In this document: piece by piece, positions 28,801 through 41,342 of the stretch | How the letters are laid out: every line of letters starts with the position of its first letter | How positions within the stretch are numbered: position 1 is the stretch's first letter | NCBI GenBank assembly: GCA_035084275.1 | Contig: CM068758.1 | Location: 3,658,001 to 3,722,000 of the forward strand | Length of the DNA stretch: 64,000 bases | Direction: 5' to 3' | Source of the DNA: Hydrolagus colliei | Taxonomy: Eukaryota | Notes under the pieces: generated by a model | The model's input: the letters and a program-made list of their open reading frames with translations, nothing else | What the model was told of the DNA's origin: nothing | The model's database searches: none | Translations under genes and position numbers: made by a program

Positions 28801-29789
28801 CATTAAGTCCAAGGGTTATGAGAATCTAATTGACTTATTAATCATCAGTTTAAACTGACAATGTACACAGATTACAGAGAAAACCAAAAACATAGCTTCA
28901 CAGAAATACACAAAAAACTGGGTTTTGTTCAAAACCAAGATAGAGCAGAATGACATCCCAAAGTCACTCCAAAATCCTTATTCCCACAGGCCTTGTGGTT
29001 GCCTGGCAACAGAGATATTAGAAGATTATGTCTAATACATTGTTAGAATCCTTCAATTCATTGTTTTATGGGCAAGTATACATCATCCCTAATGTCGCTA
29101 TCACCAGAGGAAGACACTGGCTATAAATGTAATGGAGCTAATGAGTCAATGTCATATCTTGGGTCGATAAGTTCATAAAGATAACTCAGAAATAGAGAAT
29201 CTAGCATAAGCTGTTCAGTCAAGCCAGATCGAACTCCAACTCCACATCCCTTCATCATCTATCCATTACTTTCTTCTGTGCTGTAACCAAACATCTATGC
29301 CCCAATGAGTCATATAAAACCTTTTATCAAGAACAAAAGGATACAAGAAGGGAGAAATAATGGACCATTTGCTAAAGAATTTGCAGCACACTTTTGACAT
29401 GGAAAGAAGGAGAGGATTGTTTTGTTGACTCTTAACCTCTTTTTTTAAACCTATCCATTGCATTACTTAAAATGGGCAATAATATATTAGCTTCCATCAT
29501 GGCATGCCTGTTAATTTACCTCAAAGATTGTCACAAAATTTGCTACAGAATAGAACTGTGTTATTGAATAACATAACATTGTCAGAAATTATACTCAGAT
29601 TATGTCTGTCCAGTTTTTGTTGTTTGGAACACTACTCTTCCTGATTTGCACACACAACACATGCATCCTTCAGCAGCAAAGTAGACAACAATCAGTTTAC
29701 TTCCCCCTTAATTTGGCAAATAGAAGGATCACAGAATCGTGCACACCTCTGCTCTGGTCATTTGTATCCTGTCTGAAGCCAACAACAAC

Positions 29790-30232
29790 AATTTGGATTT
29801 ATATAGTGTCCTCCACATCAGAGCGCTTCACAAAGGGGAAGAGGGAGAAAGGTGACCAAAGAGATGGTCAAACAGAAAAGTCTTCAGGCGTGACCTGAAA
29901 ATGGGAGGAGCAGGGAGTGAGTTCCAGAGCTTTGGGGTGTAATGGCTGAAGGCACAGCTGCAGACGGTGGAACGGAGGATTCGGGGGACAAGGAAGAGGC
30001 CAGACCCAATAGAGCGGAGGCAAAGTGTACTGTTGTGAGGAGAGGAGGTTACAGGGAGGGGTGCAGAGGAGTGGAGGGATTTCAACACAAGAGTGAGGAT
30101 CTTGAAGTCAATCCGCTCTGAGAAAGGGAGCCAGTGAAGTCTGGCAAGGACTGGGGTAATCAGGGAGCGAAGTTTCGTTCGGATGAGAATGCAGGCAGCG
30201 GAATTTTGAATGAGCTGGATAAACAAGCCAGT
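29790..30232 (-). mobile_element. L2-clade LINE 3' end
   Basis: Translates QLIQNSAACILIRTK...ITPVLARLHWLPFSERIDFKILTLVLKSLH...FRSRLKTFLF, the L2 ORF2 C-terminus, followed by a (TTG)n tail. Confidence 0.85.
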
Positions 30233-30809
30233 TTCCTTGTTGCAACCATGCCAATAAACACTAAAAATATTTTTTGATTGTTTCAGATTGTTAGCTGAAC
30301 ATGAGTCCTCTCTATTAAGTGAAAATCTCATCCAAATGCCCTGGGGTGAATTCAGGATAATGTTCAAACTCCAGTATGCTACTGAGGAAAAGTCAGTCAG
30401 TTAGAGCAGCTTTGGGAATATGCTACTTGCCTGCAGGAGAGGAACACTGCCAAACTTGAGTGAAGGGAAAACAAAGTGTAGATGCATTTAAAGTGGAAGA
30501 AAAATATAGAATAGAGTAAGTCTCAGTAAAAATTAAACACATTATAGAACCTTATAAGTTTGTTCAGTCCTAAATATTTCAGACTGGATCTCTTATCTCC
30601 TGAGCCTTAATTGTATTTAATGCTGTCTTACGGTTAAAGATTACATTAGTCTGGATGAGACCCAACAAAAACTAGCCTCACATCCTGTAGATAACTTGGA
30701 TACCAAAGCAATACTTCTGTTAATCACAATAGCATTCTTTGCTAGGCAATTTCACTAGTTCTGCATGTTTCACTACAATCACAATTTACATTGATATAGT
30801 GCTTTTTGT

Positions 30810-31245
30810 GAGCCAGCCTGGCTCAGTGGCAGCACTCTCGCCTCTCGAGTGAAACAATTGTGGGTTCAAGCCCCATAATAGGACTTATAGGACTTGATTG
30901 CTAAACTGACATTCTGATGCAGTTCTGGAGGTAGCCCTGCATTGTCGGAAATACAGTCCTTCAGATGAGACATTAAACCGAGGAGGTAACGTCTGCCTGT
31001 TCAGGTGAACGTTAAAGATCCCATGGACACTACTTGAAAGGGGAAGAAGGGTCTTTCTTCCAGTGTTCTGACCAACAATGCCCCCAAATAAAATTGCTTA
31101 TTCATTTCACAACTGTTTGTGGTACATTGTCATGCACAATCAGACTGCCATGGTCACCGAGAAATCCAGTCACTCTATTACACAGTTACATCCTGTGAAG
31201 CACTTCGGGACATCCTCCCATGGTGAAATGCAAGGATTATTATTA
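30810..31245 (+). mobile_element. Old tRNA-derived SINE with Deu-like central domain (SacSINE1/AmnSINE-like), near full length
   Basis: tRNA head (GGCTCAGTGG...GGGTTCAAGCCCC), core CAGATGAGACATTAAACCGAGG...AAAGATCCCATGG, and a LINE-like tail with (ATT)n. Fragments also at ~21590-22050(-), 33290-33600(+), 37040-37115(-) and 37610-37925(-). Confidence 0.7.
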
Positions 31246-34200
31246 TGTTTCACGGGGATGCCTCAATAATACTTGACACTGCTAGCTGAACACCCATGCT
31301 GGGAATAGGAGCCAAAAGCTGGTGAGGAGAGTAGATGACCGAAAACACGGTTACAAAAGTACATCTTGAGATGAGCCCTGACTAAGGGGAGGCAAAAGCA
31401 AACATAGTAACGGGAAAGTAGTCACCAAGTATCTTGAAACAAACAGCACCCTTGCAAAGACTATCACTTTGTAGCATTAATATCTAACTTCACTGACACA
31501 AAACAGATTAAAACATAGTATTCATGTTAGGTGGATTCAGGAAACTCCAGTATTAAAACGAAAGAGGCTTAGTGCTGACATTAGGCCTCCTTTTCCCGAT
31601 ATCCTGTAAAGAGGCATTGACATAACTGATGAATTCCTGTACAGTTATGATTAAGGATCATGTAACAAGTTGTAACAAATACACCAAATTATAGGTTCAA
31701 GGATATAAATGCAAAATAAACAGTACGGAAAACAGACTGAACACTAAAACAGTGTAAAGGGTCAAAGATTCCAAAAAAATCTCTACTAGAATATTGTTGT
31801 AGGTTATTATTACGAGAACAAAATGATCATATCTGTTACCATGATACAATAAAAGGAACAAATCTATATGTTCTTTAATGGTTGAGGCTGAGTAAACAGA
31901 ACAGGAAATAAAATGAAAGCACATCAATCAAACGTTGTTTCTCCCGGACATGGTTGAAACCTTAAGTCATTTCAGAAGCACTGCCCTCCAATGTGGCTAA
32001 TCACCCTCAAGAATGAGTCTCAGCAATACAACAATTTGCACTTATATAGCATCCTCCCAGGGTACAGGCTCAGAAGTGCTAGGTTGACCGCAGTGAGTTC
32101 CGAATTAAGCATCTACAGCATTAAATATGGCCATGAATAACTGGAATAAATCGGGTAGAGTTCTCATTCCCGATCGCCTCCTGAAATATTATGCCATGTG
32201 TGCAACAATCAGGTATGGATAGAAATGGGATTGGATGTAATGCATCGGTTTCAAATGGTTGTCAACACCTACTGTCTAGCATTACATAATAAATGGCCAA
32301 TCGGGCCAAGAACATTAGCATTTCAGAAACAGTCACCAAAACACTAGAGGCAACCAAGCACTAAAGTGTCATCTGGCCTGCCTATTAAAGTACAGGGTCT
32401 AGGTTTCATCTCCGCATATTGCAAAAATCACTTCACCGTAAGAAGATATCAATAATTTAGCTGGAAGAGCAGAGATAAGTCATGACAGACACATCCCACC
32501 AGCACTTCATATTCCTTCCCCACCCCAGCAAATATACTAGAAGTGGACATGTGGGTGGAAATGGGAATGTTTACACGTGCTAGTTAAAACAAGGGCGAAA
32601 TATTACATTCATTTGTACTAGCCAGGCATTATATAACCTCACTTGCTACTTCACCACTAAGTTATTAGCTATCATCACTTGTGCAATCATGAACTGTATT
32701 TTAGAATCCATTATCAATTCTTTTGTGTAAAAATCAATATCAACAATTACCTTATATTCTAATCTAATTACCTTGAATATATCGTGATGCATGCAACGTT
32801 TTTAACACATCACTTGAACCCCACTACTAAACATTATTGAAGTAACAAACTGGAAATAGGACAATACACTATTGCTATATAAACACATCTGGTATACAAC
32901 TGCTTCATTTTCAGCAATATAATCCAGTGTCAGCTACTGCAGTTTCAGAAGTTTAATTTATTCCCAAATATTTATTTTTCTGTATAATAGTTTGTGCCAA
33001 AATGTCACACATTTATAAAATAAACCAGCAGGCAAATGTTGATGCATCAAATCACAACAGAGTAACATTTGCTAGAAAAAAATTCCTCTTACCCTCCCCG
33101 TTAGCTATACACCCCAAGATCATGTTTACCACAAAGTATATAGTTTCTTCTTGAATATGACAGGGAGGTTGGCAGGGTGAGATAAACTGGTTACGAATCA
33201 TAATGCAAAGTCTATAGTCAACACATCCTTAGCAACAAGATTTGTACAAGTGGAAGAAAGCATTCAAAAGAAAATCCCCCAAACTAAACAACACTTCAAT
33301 GCAGTGCTGACAGTTGCTGCATTGCCGGGATTCCTATCCTCCAGGTGAGGTGTTAAACTAAGTTCCCATCTGCCTGTTCTTAGCAACGTTAAAGCTCCCA
33401 CGGCACTGTTCAAAAAGAGAAGCGAGTTTCCTGGTGTCCTGGCCAACAGATTAAATTGGTCATTTACTTCATGGCTGTTTGTGGGGCACCCTGTACAAAT
33501 TGGCTGCCAAAACACACTCTTCAGTCAATCCTGTGGAAAGCTGCCTTTCATGTCCTCGCAACATGAAGGGTAATAATATCAAATCCAAGGATTACTATTT
33601 TATTATTCCAAGGGTTCAGAAATCAAATAATGGACTTTAAAATGTTACAACAGTATGGAATGCTTCAATTTCCTGTTTATTTCATGTGGAGTGATTCGTG
33701 TCATATTCTACGCCACCATTACCTGTGTAATGACCGACGTTCCCTTTTCTAAAATCATTTTCACCCGTGTGTATAGCTATTTTTTTTTAAAAAAAGGACA
33801 TGTTCCAACAATTAGTTGTAATGCACAGATCACGGTCGGTAACGCTATACATACCGCGATTCTTGTAGGAAATCAAAACAGACCTGCACAAAGATTAACT
33901 GGTTGAGAAATAATAATAATAACAGCATATACGGGGATGACCGGTGAGGGGGGTGGGGTAGAGGGGCGGTCGGTTGGTCAATGGGGCAGACAGCGGAATC
34001 GAGCCAGAAATAAAAACCACGCTGCTAAATCATTTCACCCACAAATATATAATCAATTCACTATCCTTCCTGTGAAGCGCTTTGAGACACAGTCTAGAAG
34101 ACGTGATAAGGCAGGCGCTGTATCAAATAACAGGATTATTGTTATTATTAGATTTTTTTTATATAACAGGAAAAAAAAACGCATTGACCCAACCAACTCA

Positions 34201-34392
34201 CTCACTCACAGTCAATCAGGTCTTATGAACTTCCACACGCCTAATGATCAGATTAAACCCACTGAACTGGATGTGTAAAGGCGCTGAGGGAACACATAAA
34301 AAGAGACACACAATTCCTAACCACAATAACAAGCTGAGTTATAAACCACACTGGGATAGGAATCTCTGTGTGTGTGTGTCTGTCTCTCCTAC

Positions 34393-34515
34393 CTCCTGGT
34401 ACTGGCTGTCCTCAGGCTGGAAGTCGCTGCTGATGGTTTCCAGCTGGATAGTGAAATGCGGGAGACGGTGGAGGAGTTTGACCCACCAGGGAGGGGAGTA
34501 ATTCACCGCCGCCAT
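34393..34515 (-). CDS. TTYH3: Tweety homolog 3, coding exon 1 (start codon)
   Basis: Translates MAAVNYSPPWWVKLLHRLPHFTIQLETISSDFQPEDSQYQE, matching the tweety N-terminus. 123 nt, donor GAG|GTAGGA. Confidence 0.95.
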
Positions 34516-35123
34516 CGGGAGTCACCGGCTTGAACCTTGGAGGGGATGGGAACGGGAGAGAAGGGAGAGAGGAGAGGAGGGAAGAGAGAGGAGGGATGGA
34601 GGGAGATTAAGCGATCCTCACACCATCACGCTACCAAGTGTGTGTGTGGGTGAGGTGGTGGAGGAGGGGGAGGGGGAGAGGGGTTTTCGTTCACAATGTC
34701 ATCTCCCCCACTCCCTACCCTCACAGCCACACACTCTCTCCTCAAATGGAAACCAGTGGCGGCGATTGATTGAAAGACAGACAGAGTCAGACAGACAGTC
34801 AGTATTTTTGTAGGATGGATGGATAGATGGGATGAAAGGATGAATGGATGGATGAATAACTCCCAGGCTTTCCTTCCTCCTCGGGGTTTGTTATGATGTC
34901 TGTCTTCTGTATCTGAGTGTGTGTGAGGGAGGGAGGGAGAGAGAGGGAGGGATAAAGGGGGAGGAGGAGGAGGAGGAGGGCGTGGGTAGGATGTGATGAT
35001 GGTGGGCAAGGAAAGGAAGGAAGAAGGTGGGTTTTTTTGCCCTCTTTTCCCAGTCACAGTGAAATGTGAAAATAATGAAATCCACGGGATATGGCGGACT
35101 CTCTCCCTCTTCTCGATTGTATG

Positions 35124-35156
<33 letters not shown>

Positions 35157-35419
35157 CAAATATATATATAAAATTTTCCTTTCTTTCTTCGTCTTGTTTG
35201 TTTTTTGCGAGTATGTATTTCTCTCCTCTTCTTCGCTTCTCCTCCTCCTCGTCGCCGTCTCCTCCTTTCCCTTTCTAATTTCTTTCTTTCTTTCTCTCTT
35301 CTATCTCTCTCTCCTTCCTCTCTTCCCTTTCCCGGATTTTTTTGGGGGAAAAAAAATCCCTTTTTCTTCGTCTTCTTCCGTCCGTCTGGCCAAAGTCACC
35401 CGAACGAACGATAATTTAC

Positions 35420-35900
35420 CTCAAAAAAAAACATGGAGGAAGGAAGGAAGGAAAGGAGGGAGGGAAGGAGGGAGTGTGTGTATTTTAAGGGGGGGGGGTT
35501 AAGAAAAAGAGGATTTGTGAGGAGAATTTTCTCTCTGTGTGTGTGTTGAGTTTCACTTCTTTCTTTTTCTTCCTTTATTTATTTCTTCCTCGTTCGTCGG
35601 TGGGTTTTTTTCTTTCAATCCCTGGCGACGAGATGCAACCGTCGGTCTGTCGGCCGGTAACTCATTGTAAATTTTCTCTCGGCTTCTCCTCCCGCCGCCT
35701 GACTGACTGACTGGAATCTCCTCCCGCTGGCGGACAGCTCTCTCCCTCGCTCTCCCTTTGCGCTCACCGAGCAACGGACACAGCAGCTAAAGAACAGCCA
35801 CTAGATAGGGACTGACTGAGTGAGTGAGTGTGCGGGGGCAAGAGGGTCCCCACTCCCTTTCTCCCCCCACTCTCTTTCGCTTCAATGGCTCAATAGCGCC
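35420..35900 (-). promoter_or_regulatory. Candidate TTYH3 promoter and untranslated first exon
   Basis: Locally CpG-rich (35590-35900). Minus-strand donor GAG|GTAAAT at 35420/35419 pairs with a long pyrimidine tract and AAG acceptor at 34536, 20 nt before the ATG. Confidence 0.45.
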
Positions 35901-35929
35901 ACCCTTTCCTTCCCAGGCGCTGAGCTGCA

Positions 35930-36455
35930 CATACATGTATATACACATACTGTATACTGTACACATATACTATATACAGTACTGAATGTACAGTATATAT
36001 CGTGTGAATATAGTACAGTATATTCTGTCCATACACATACACAGACATCCACACACATACATCCACACACACATATATATAATACATCTATATATAATAT
36101 ATATTATACTATATATGTATTATATATGTATATTATATGTAATATACTTTTCACATCGAGAGGATGTCCCAAGGCAAATACTCCATACACATAGATAGAT
36201 ACACACATCCACACACATATACACAGACAGAAACACCCACCCAAACACACATACACATCCACACACACACATAAACATACAGAAACACACACATAGATGT
36301 ACACCCACCCACATAGTATGCATATACGTATACATCTACACACAAACACACATACACACAAACATACACACAAACATAAAGAAATACACACACAAACACC
36401 CACCCACATATGCATATACACATCCACACACATACACACGCACAGACACACACAG
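35930..36455. repeat. Degenerate (TA/CA)n low-complexity tract
   Basis: About 520 bp of alternating purine-pyrimidine ACAC/ATAT repeats. Confidence 0.9.
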
Positions 36456-39400
36456 GATTCAATTCAAGATCCTGGTCCTCACCTTATAATAATCCTTGCA
36501 TTTGATGCAGCTCCTCATCACTTGGGTGTTGACTTTAAGAAGGAAAGACGATCTTATTGTAATAACGCTAAATTATAATAACTGTGCAGGGAGAGAATTT
36601 GCAATCCTATTACTGTACAGTATTTGCCTTAATGTTCATTATCACAACAACAACAACTTGCATTTATCGAGCAGTCTTCCTCCAGGTTAGCATCCCAGAG
36701 CGCTCGACAGTCACAATAATATTAATAATGCTGACATTCGCATTTTCTTTTTTTTTTACCTTTTGGCGTCCAACACATCTGGGAGACATCGCCGCTCTCT
36801 TGAGCGTATCCAAACCCAAAGTGAGAGTGAGTGAGTGAGTGAGTTGCGTGCATCCCACATACAGGTGAAATTCCGGTGTCTGGGAATGGAATATGCTCTC
36901 TCTGCAGTGAGCTGATAGAATTTTTTTAAATCTCTCATAAAAAATATCAAGTGTGGTAACAGTGCCACTGCTTTATAGGTCGAATGACATTAATAACACT
37001 TGGCCAGTTGACCAGAAGAAACTCCCTCCTATATCATACTGTCACAGGATCTTTTATGTGCCCCTGAACAGACAGTTGGAGATCTCAGTTAAATGTCTCA
37101 TCTGAAGGACATTGCAGTTATGCAGCACTCTACATATACACACACACACACACACACTCACACGCACACCAGCTACACTGGAGCCAATACCAAATTCTTT
37201 CCAAATTTCACATTTCTGGTTTAAAAGCATGAACTGTTTTGATGCATCTTCAAGCTGTGTGGGCAAGACACACAAACACACACAAACACACATTCATACT
37301 GGGTTTTTGAATTGGTTGATGATCTGTGTTGATAGCTATGTCTGTCTCCATAAATACTCCATAATGAATCTCCCAACAGGCTGCCCTAATTACTGGCTTA
37401 AACAGTCGGGTTCCAGCAGAAGATACAAAAACTCCTCCCTGTCTCCTATCTGACAGTGAATTAGTTTCAATTTTAAAAACATTATGGAACTTATCCTCCA
37501 CAGAGAACATTTTTAAATATTCATATACAGTACAGTATATATATATATATATATATACACATTGACAAACACACACACCCAACAGTGAATTTCATAAAGC
37601 GAACATAATAATCCTTCGATCCAGTGCCTTTAACACATTTTTGAGAGCGTCTCAAGGCACTTAAATGAGATTTTTTTACTTTACTGTGAAATCTATATTT
37701 TCTTTAGGCCAGAGCGGCAGCCAATCGGCAACCCAGCAACTGTCCACAAAACAGCCTTTTCGAGTACAGCCACCCGAGGGGGACGTTCAACATTTCAACG
37801 TCCGCCCGATGGGGACGTTCGGTTTGACCTCGGATCCAAAGGACGACACTTCCAACAGTGCAACAGCTCCCCACCCCCCCCGTCATCGCATTGGAGATTC
37901 AGCCCAGACTGTGGTAGCTCAAAGGCCTCGATGCATAGCACAAAACCCGCACAGCCTTCCGAGCTAGCCGCCCAAACAGTAAAAGGCAACGTCGGGGGGG
38001 GGGGGGGGGGGGGGGAAGGGGGAAACAGTGGCTCGGAAACGGGTGAAAAAAGCTAATCGCTGGCCGATGGCGGTGGGACAAAACTACAAAGCAAGATCGT
38101 ATCCACCACAAACACAAAACAAAAGATTACAAGGGAGAAATGCAGCCACTTTAATCGATGTGTCGTTCAATGGCGGAACTCGCAGTGAAGCTGCATGAAG
38201 GTTATCAGCCGCAGTATTTGGTATATTTTCATGAAGTACAGCACAGCTTTACTGCTGTTTGAAATTGTAAGTCTGCGCTACCCATTCGCATTCTTTTCAG
38301 AGAGGTGTGACAGGCAGAGAATTATTGTAACTGTTTTTAATTTTAAAAACATTATGGAACTTATCCTCAACAGAGAATGATTTACAATATATATATATTG
38401 ATATAAATCTATATATATATACACACACACACACCTAAAAGTGAATTTTGAAAGTGAACATGATAACGAGCTCCTGTTAAAAAAAACAGTTGGTAAGAAT
38501 ATTTAATGCATTATTCTATACGGCAGTGGCAACATTGCTCTTCTAAACGATTATTTTTGTGCTATACGAGCAAAGTTATGAGTTGGTTTGGTAAGTATGA
38601 TTGACAGATCAGGGTCAGGATCGGTAGGCTAGGCTAGTCAAAGAAAACCCATTATAATTTTAGTGATTAGTTGGGTGGGAGTGGGGGGGGGAGGGGGGCG
38701 AAACTGAATGGAAGAACAGCACTTCATAACCAGTTCTTTTCTGTTCCTTTCACTACAAATGGAGACATTTCACGGGTCAACGGTTTCGACAGAAGAGGTT
38801 TAACCTGATTGCAGTCGTGATGACTACAAAATGCGGTTCTTTTGCTGCGATTAAATCTAAAGGCTCAGCATAAATAAAACCAGATGTGTGTCTGTGTGTG
38901 TGTGTGTGTGTGTGTTCTTTCTGAAAGGCTACAACGGGAAGATTTAAAAGATCTTTTTCTCCGGGCAAGAAGAAACAAGTCGACAAATAATGTTTCGGAA
39001 AGCTGCTGGTGTGCGTCCGTACGATAACGAGGTGTGTGTGTGTGTGTATGTGTGCGTGTGTCTCGCTGCCAGTTCAGTAAACTCGGGAGAAGATTAGTGA
39101 AAAGCTTATCAATTTAGGAGCGAATTGACATTGCAACAGGCTCTTCTGGGGAATGGAGGGGGGGGGGTGGGTGGACGGACAAAAAAAGAGAGATATCAGC
39201 CAGTGTAGGCGTGACGCAGGACCAATAGGGGGTTGCTCAGCAATACACCAGGGTGCAGGAGTATTGTGGATGATGAATGGATGAAACCAGTTTGGTTCAG
39301 GCCAAGACACTGGACTCATTTAAAAAGTGATGCTGTGATGGGAGAGGGGGCAAGGTGGGAGTGCCCAAGAGGGTGAGGTCGGATGGGCTAAAAGGGCTAA

Positions 39401-41160
39401 TCCTTTATCCGGACCGATCTCGCGATCCGGTGAAGCCACGCAGTGAAAATATATCCACGTAGACCGAGAGTGAGTCGCAGAGCCACGTCTGATCTCTCTT
39501 TTGACGTTGTAAAATCCGGGGGGAATAGAGGGCGGAAGATGACGGTGTTTCTTCACTGACCGGACGCGACCGCTTTAACACATTTTGCCCATTTGCCAAA
39601 GCAGCCACTGCGCTTGTCCGTGATTAACCTGCGAAGCGCTTTGAGACATTATGACACTTTTGGCCGACAAATATACAGTCAATTTACCGTACAGTTTATT
39701 CTGTGAAGCGCTTTGAGACGTCTGGGAGATGCGAAAAGCACTATAATCAAACGCAAGGACTAATTATTATTATTATATTATTCAGACAAGTTCCTCTTTT
39801 TTCTTTCTCCCACACAGGATCTATGTTCCCAGGCCATCATCGGTAAGTTTATATAAAACTCTACAGGGACACTCATACCAGCCTAATAGCAGATATAACT
39901 TAACACTCCCACGTAACTTGGTACTAAATGTTTTTACACAGCACTATTAATAGTATTATACTTAGAATTCTCAGTTGCCAACAAACCAGATGAAATCTGC
40001 AACATCAGCCTCTTTCCTCTTCTCTCTGCAAACTGAATGCCATCAGAAGTTCAAACATACACAACAAAAGGTATCTGTTAATCATAGATGATCTCTTATG
40101 ACTGCTCCAGGTCTCTTAAAGGCTTGTAGCTCAGTGGCTAGAGCACTCACTCACTCGCTTTACAAGCGTGAGAGACCTGTGTTCGAATCCAGGCAGGTCA
40201 AGAAACCTTGGGCAAGTTTCCTTACTCCACACACACATACATGGCTAACAATAATCCCTCTAACAAATCACAATAATATAAATTGTTCATTTTCAATCCA
40301 CGACTGTTTGTGTGGGGGACGCTGCTGTGCACAATTGGCTGCCACGTTTCGCCCACAAATATATATACAGTCAATTCACTTTACAGTATATTCCGTGAAG
40401 CGCTTTGAGACGACAATAAGATGTGAAAAGCCACGATATCAAATGCCAGGGTTATTATTATAGATTGTAAACTATCATTTCTAAAATAACAAATGGCAAA
40501 TAGTTTTGTACAGTTCTTTAATTCTGCAAGTACAGTACTTGCGATATTTAGAAATTTACAAAATACAGTATACCAGACAGCGACTATCTGATACAAATGT
40601 GCATAATGTAGAAAGCTGTCAATATCGGACTCGCTTCCAGCCCGATCTCACCGAGTTCTTTCTGTCCGCCGCCTTTTTTTTTGTTGGTTCCTCCCTTCCT
40701 GCTCTCAAAAGAAACCGAGCGTTTTAACGAACCAGTAAGTTTGTAATGCACTGTGCTGTTACAGTACTGTCATCGAAAAAAGTCCTCAAAGCCAAGATGA
40801 TCTCTTATGGCTGCTCCAGGTCTTTTAAAGGCTTGTGGTATTGCTTGTTGCATTCGAGAGCTCAGCCAATAGCCCCAGCAACGCTAAATTCCCTTTTAAT
40901 AGCAACCGGAGAGAATGAAGTTTGTGCAAGTGAAAAACGGAACGGATATTTTTGCTACCCTTTGGCTTTCGCTGACATGCGTTGGTTTGGTGGGGAGGGG
41001 GGGTTGTGTGAGAGGGGCGGAGGGGAGGGCTAGAGAATGAGAGCGGCTTGCGAGCGAGGTCCTTCCTGTATTCCGGGAGCTTATCGTCCGCGATACTTTT
41101 TCGTCTCGTTTCAAATGTGGCCCGGGAGAGCAGTCAAACCCAGTGATTTGCACCCTGCGC

Positions 41161-41342
41161 TCACTTCCTGTACCTGACATCTCCCTTCATCGTCGTCGCC
41201 GTCGTGGCGGCTGCGGTGGTGGTGATGGTCTTGTGTGAGTTTGTCCCAGTTGTCCCACGTGTCCGGATGCCCAAGGCAAGTCCCTTCTTGAAGTTGCCGG
41301 GATGTGCCACGAGCTGCTGTGTGTGTGTCCCGTCACCTGGGC
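41161..41342 (-). CDS. KIF19: KIF19-like last coding exon with stop
   Basis: (G)PGDGTHTQQLVAHPGNFKKG...MKGDVRYRK*; the GPGD start matches KIF19; phase 1 fits. Confidence 0.8.

Noticed and set aside
34626-36580. Many ORFs of 60-170 aa
   Set aside because: They arise from low-complexity purine/pyrimidine and (CA/TA)n tracts.
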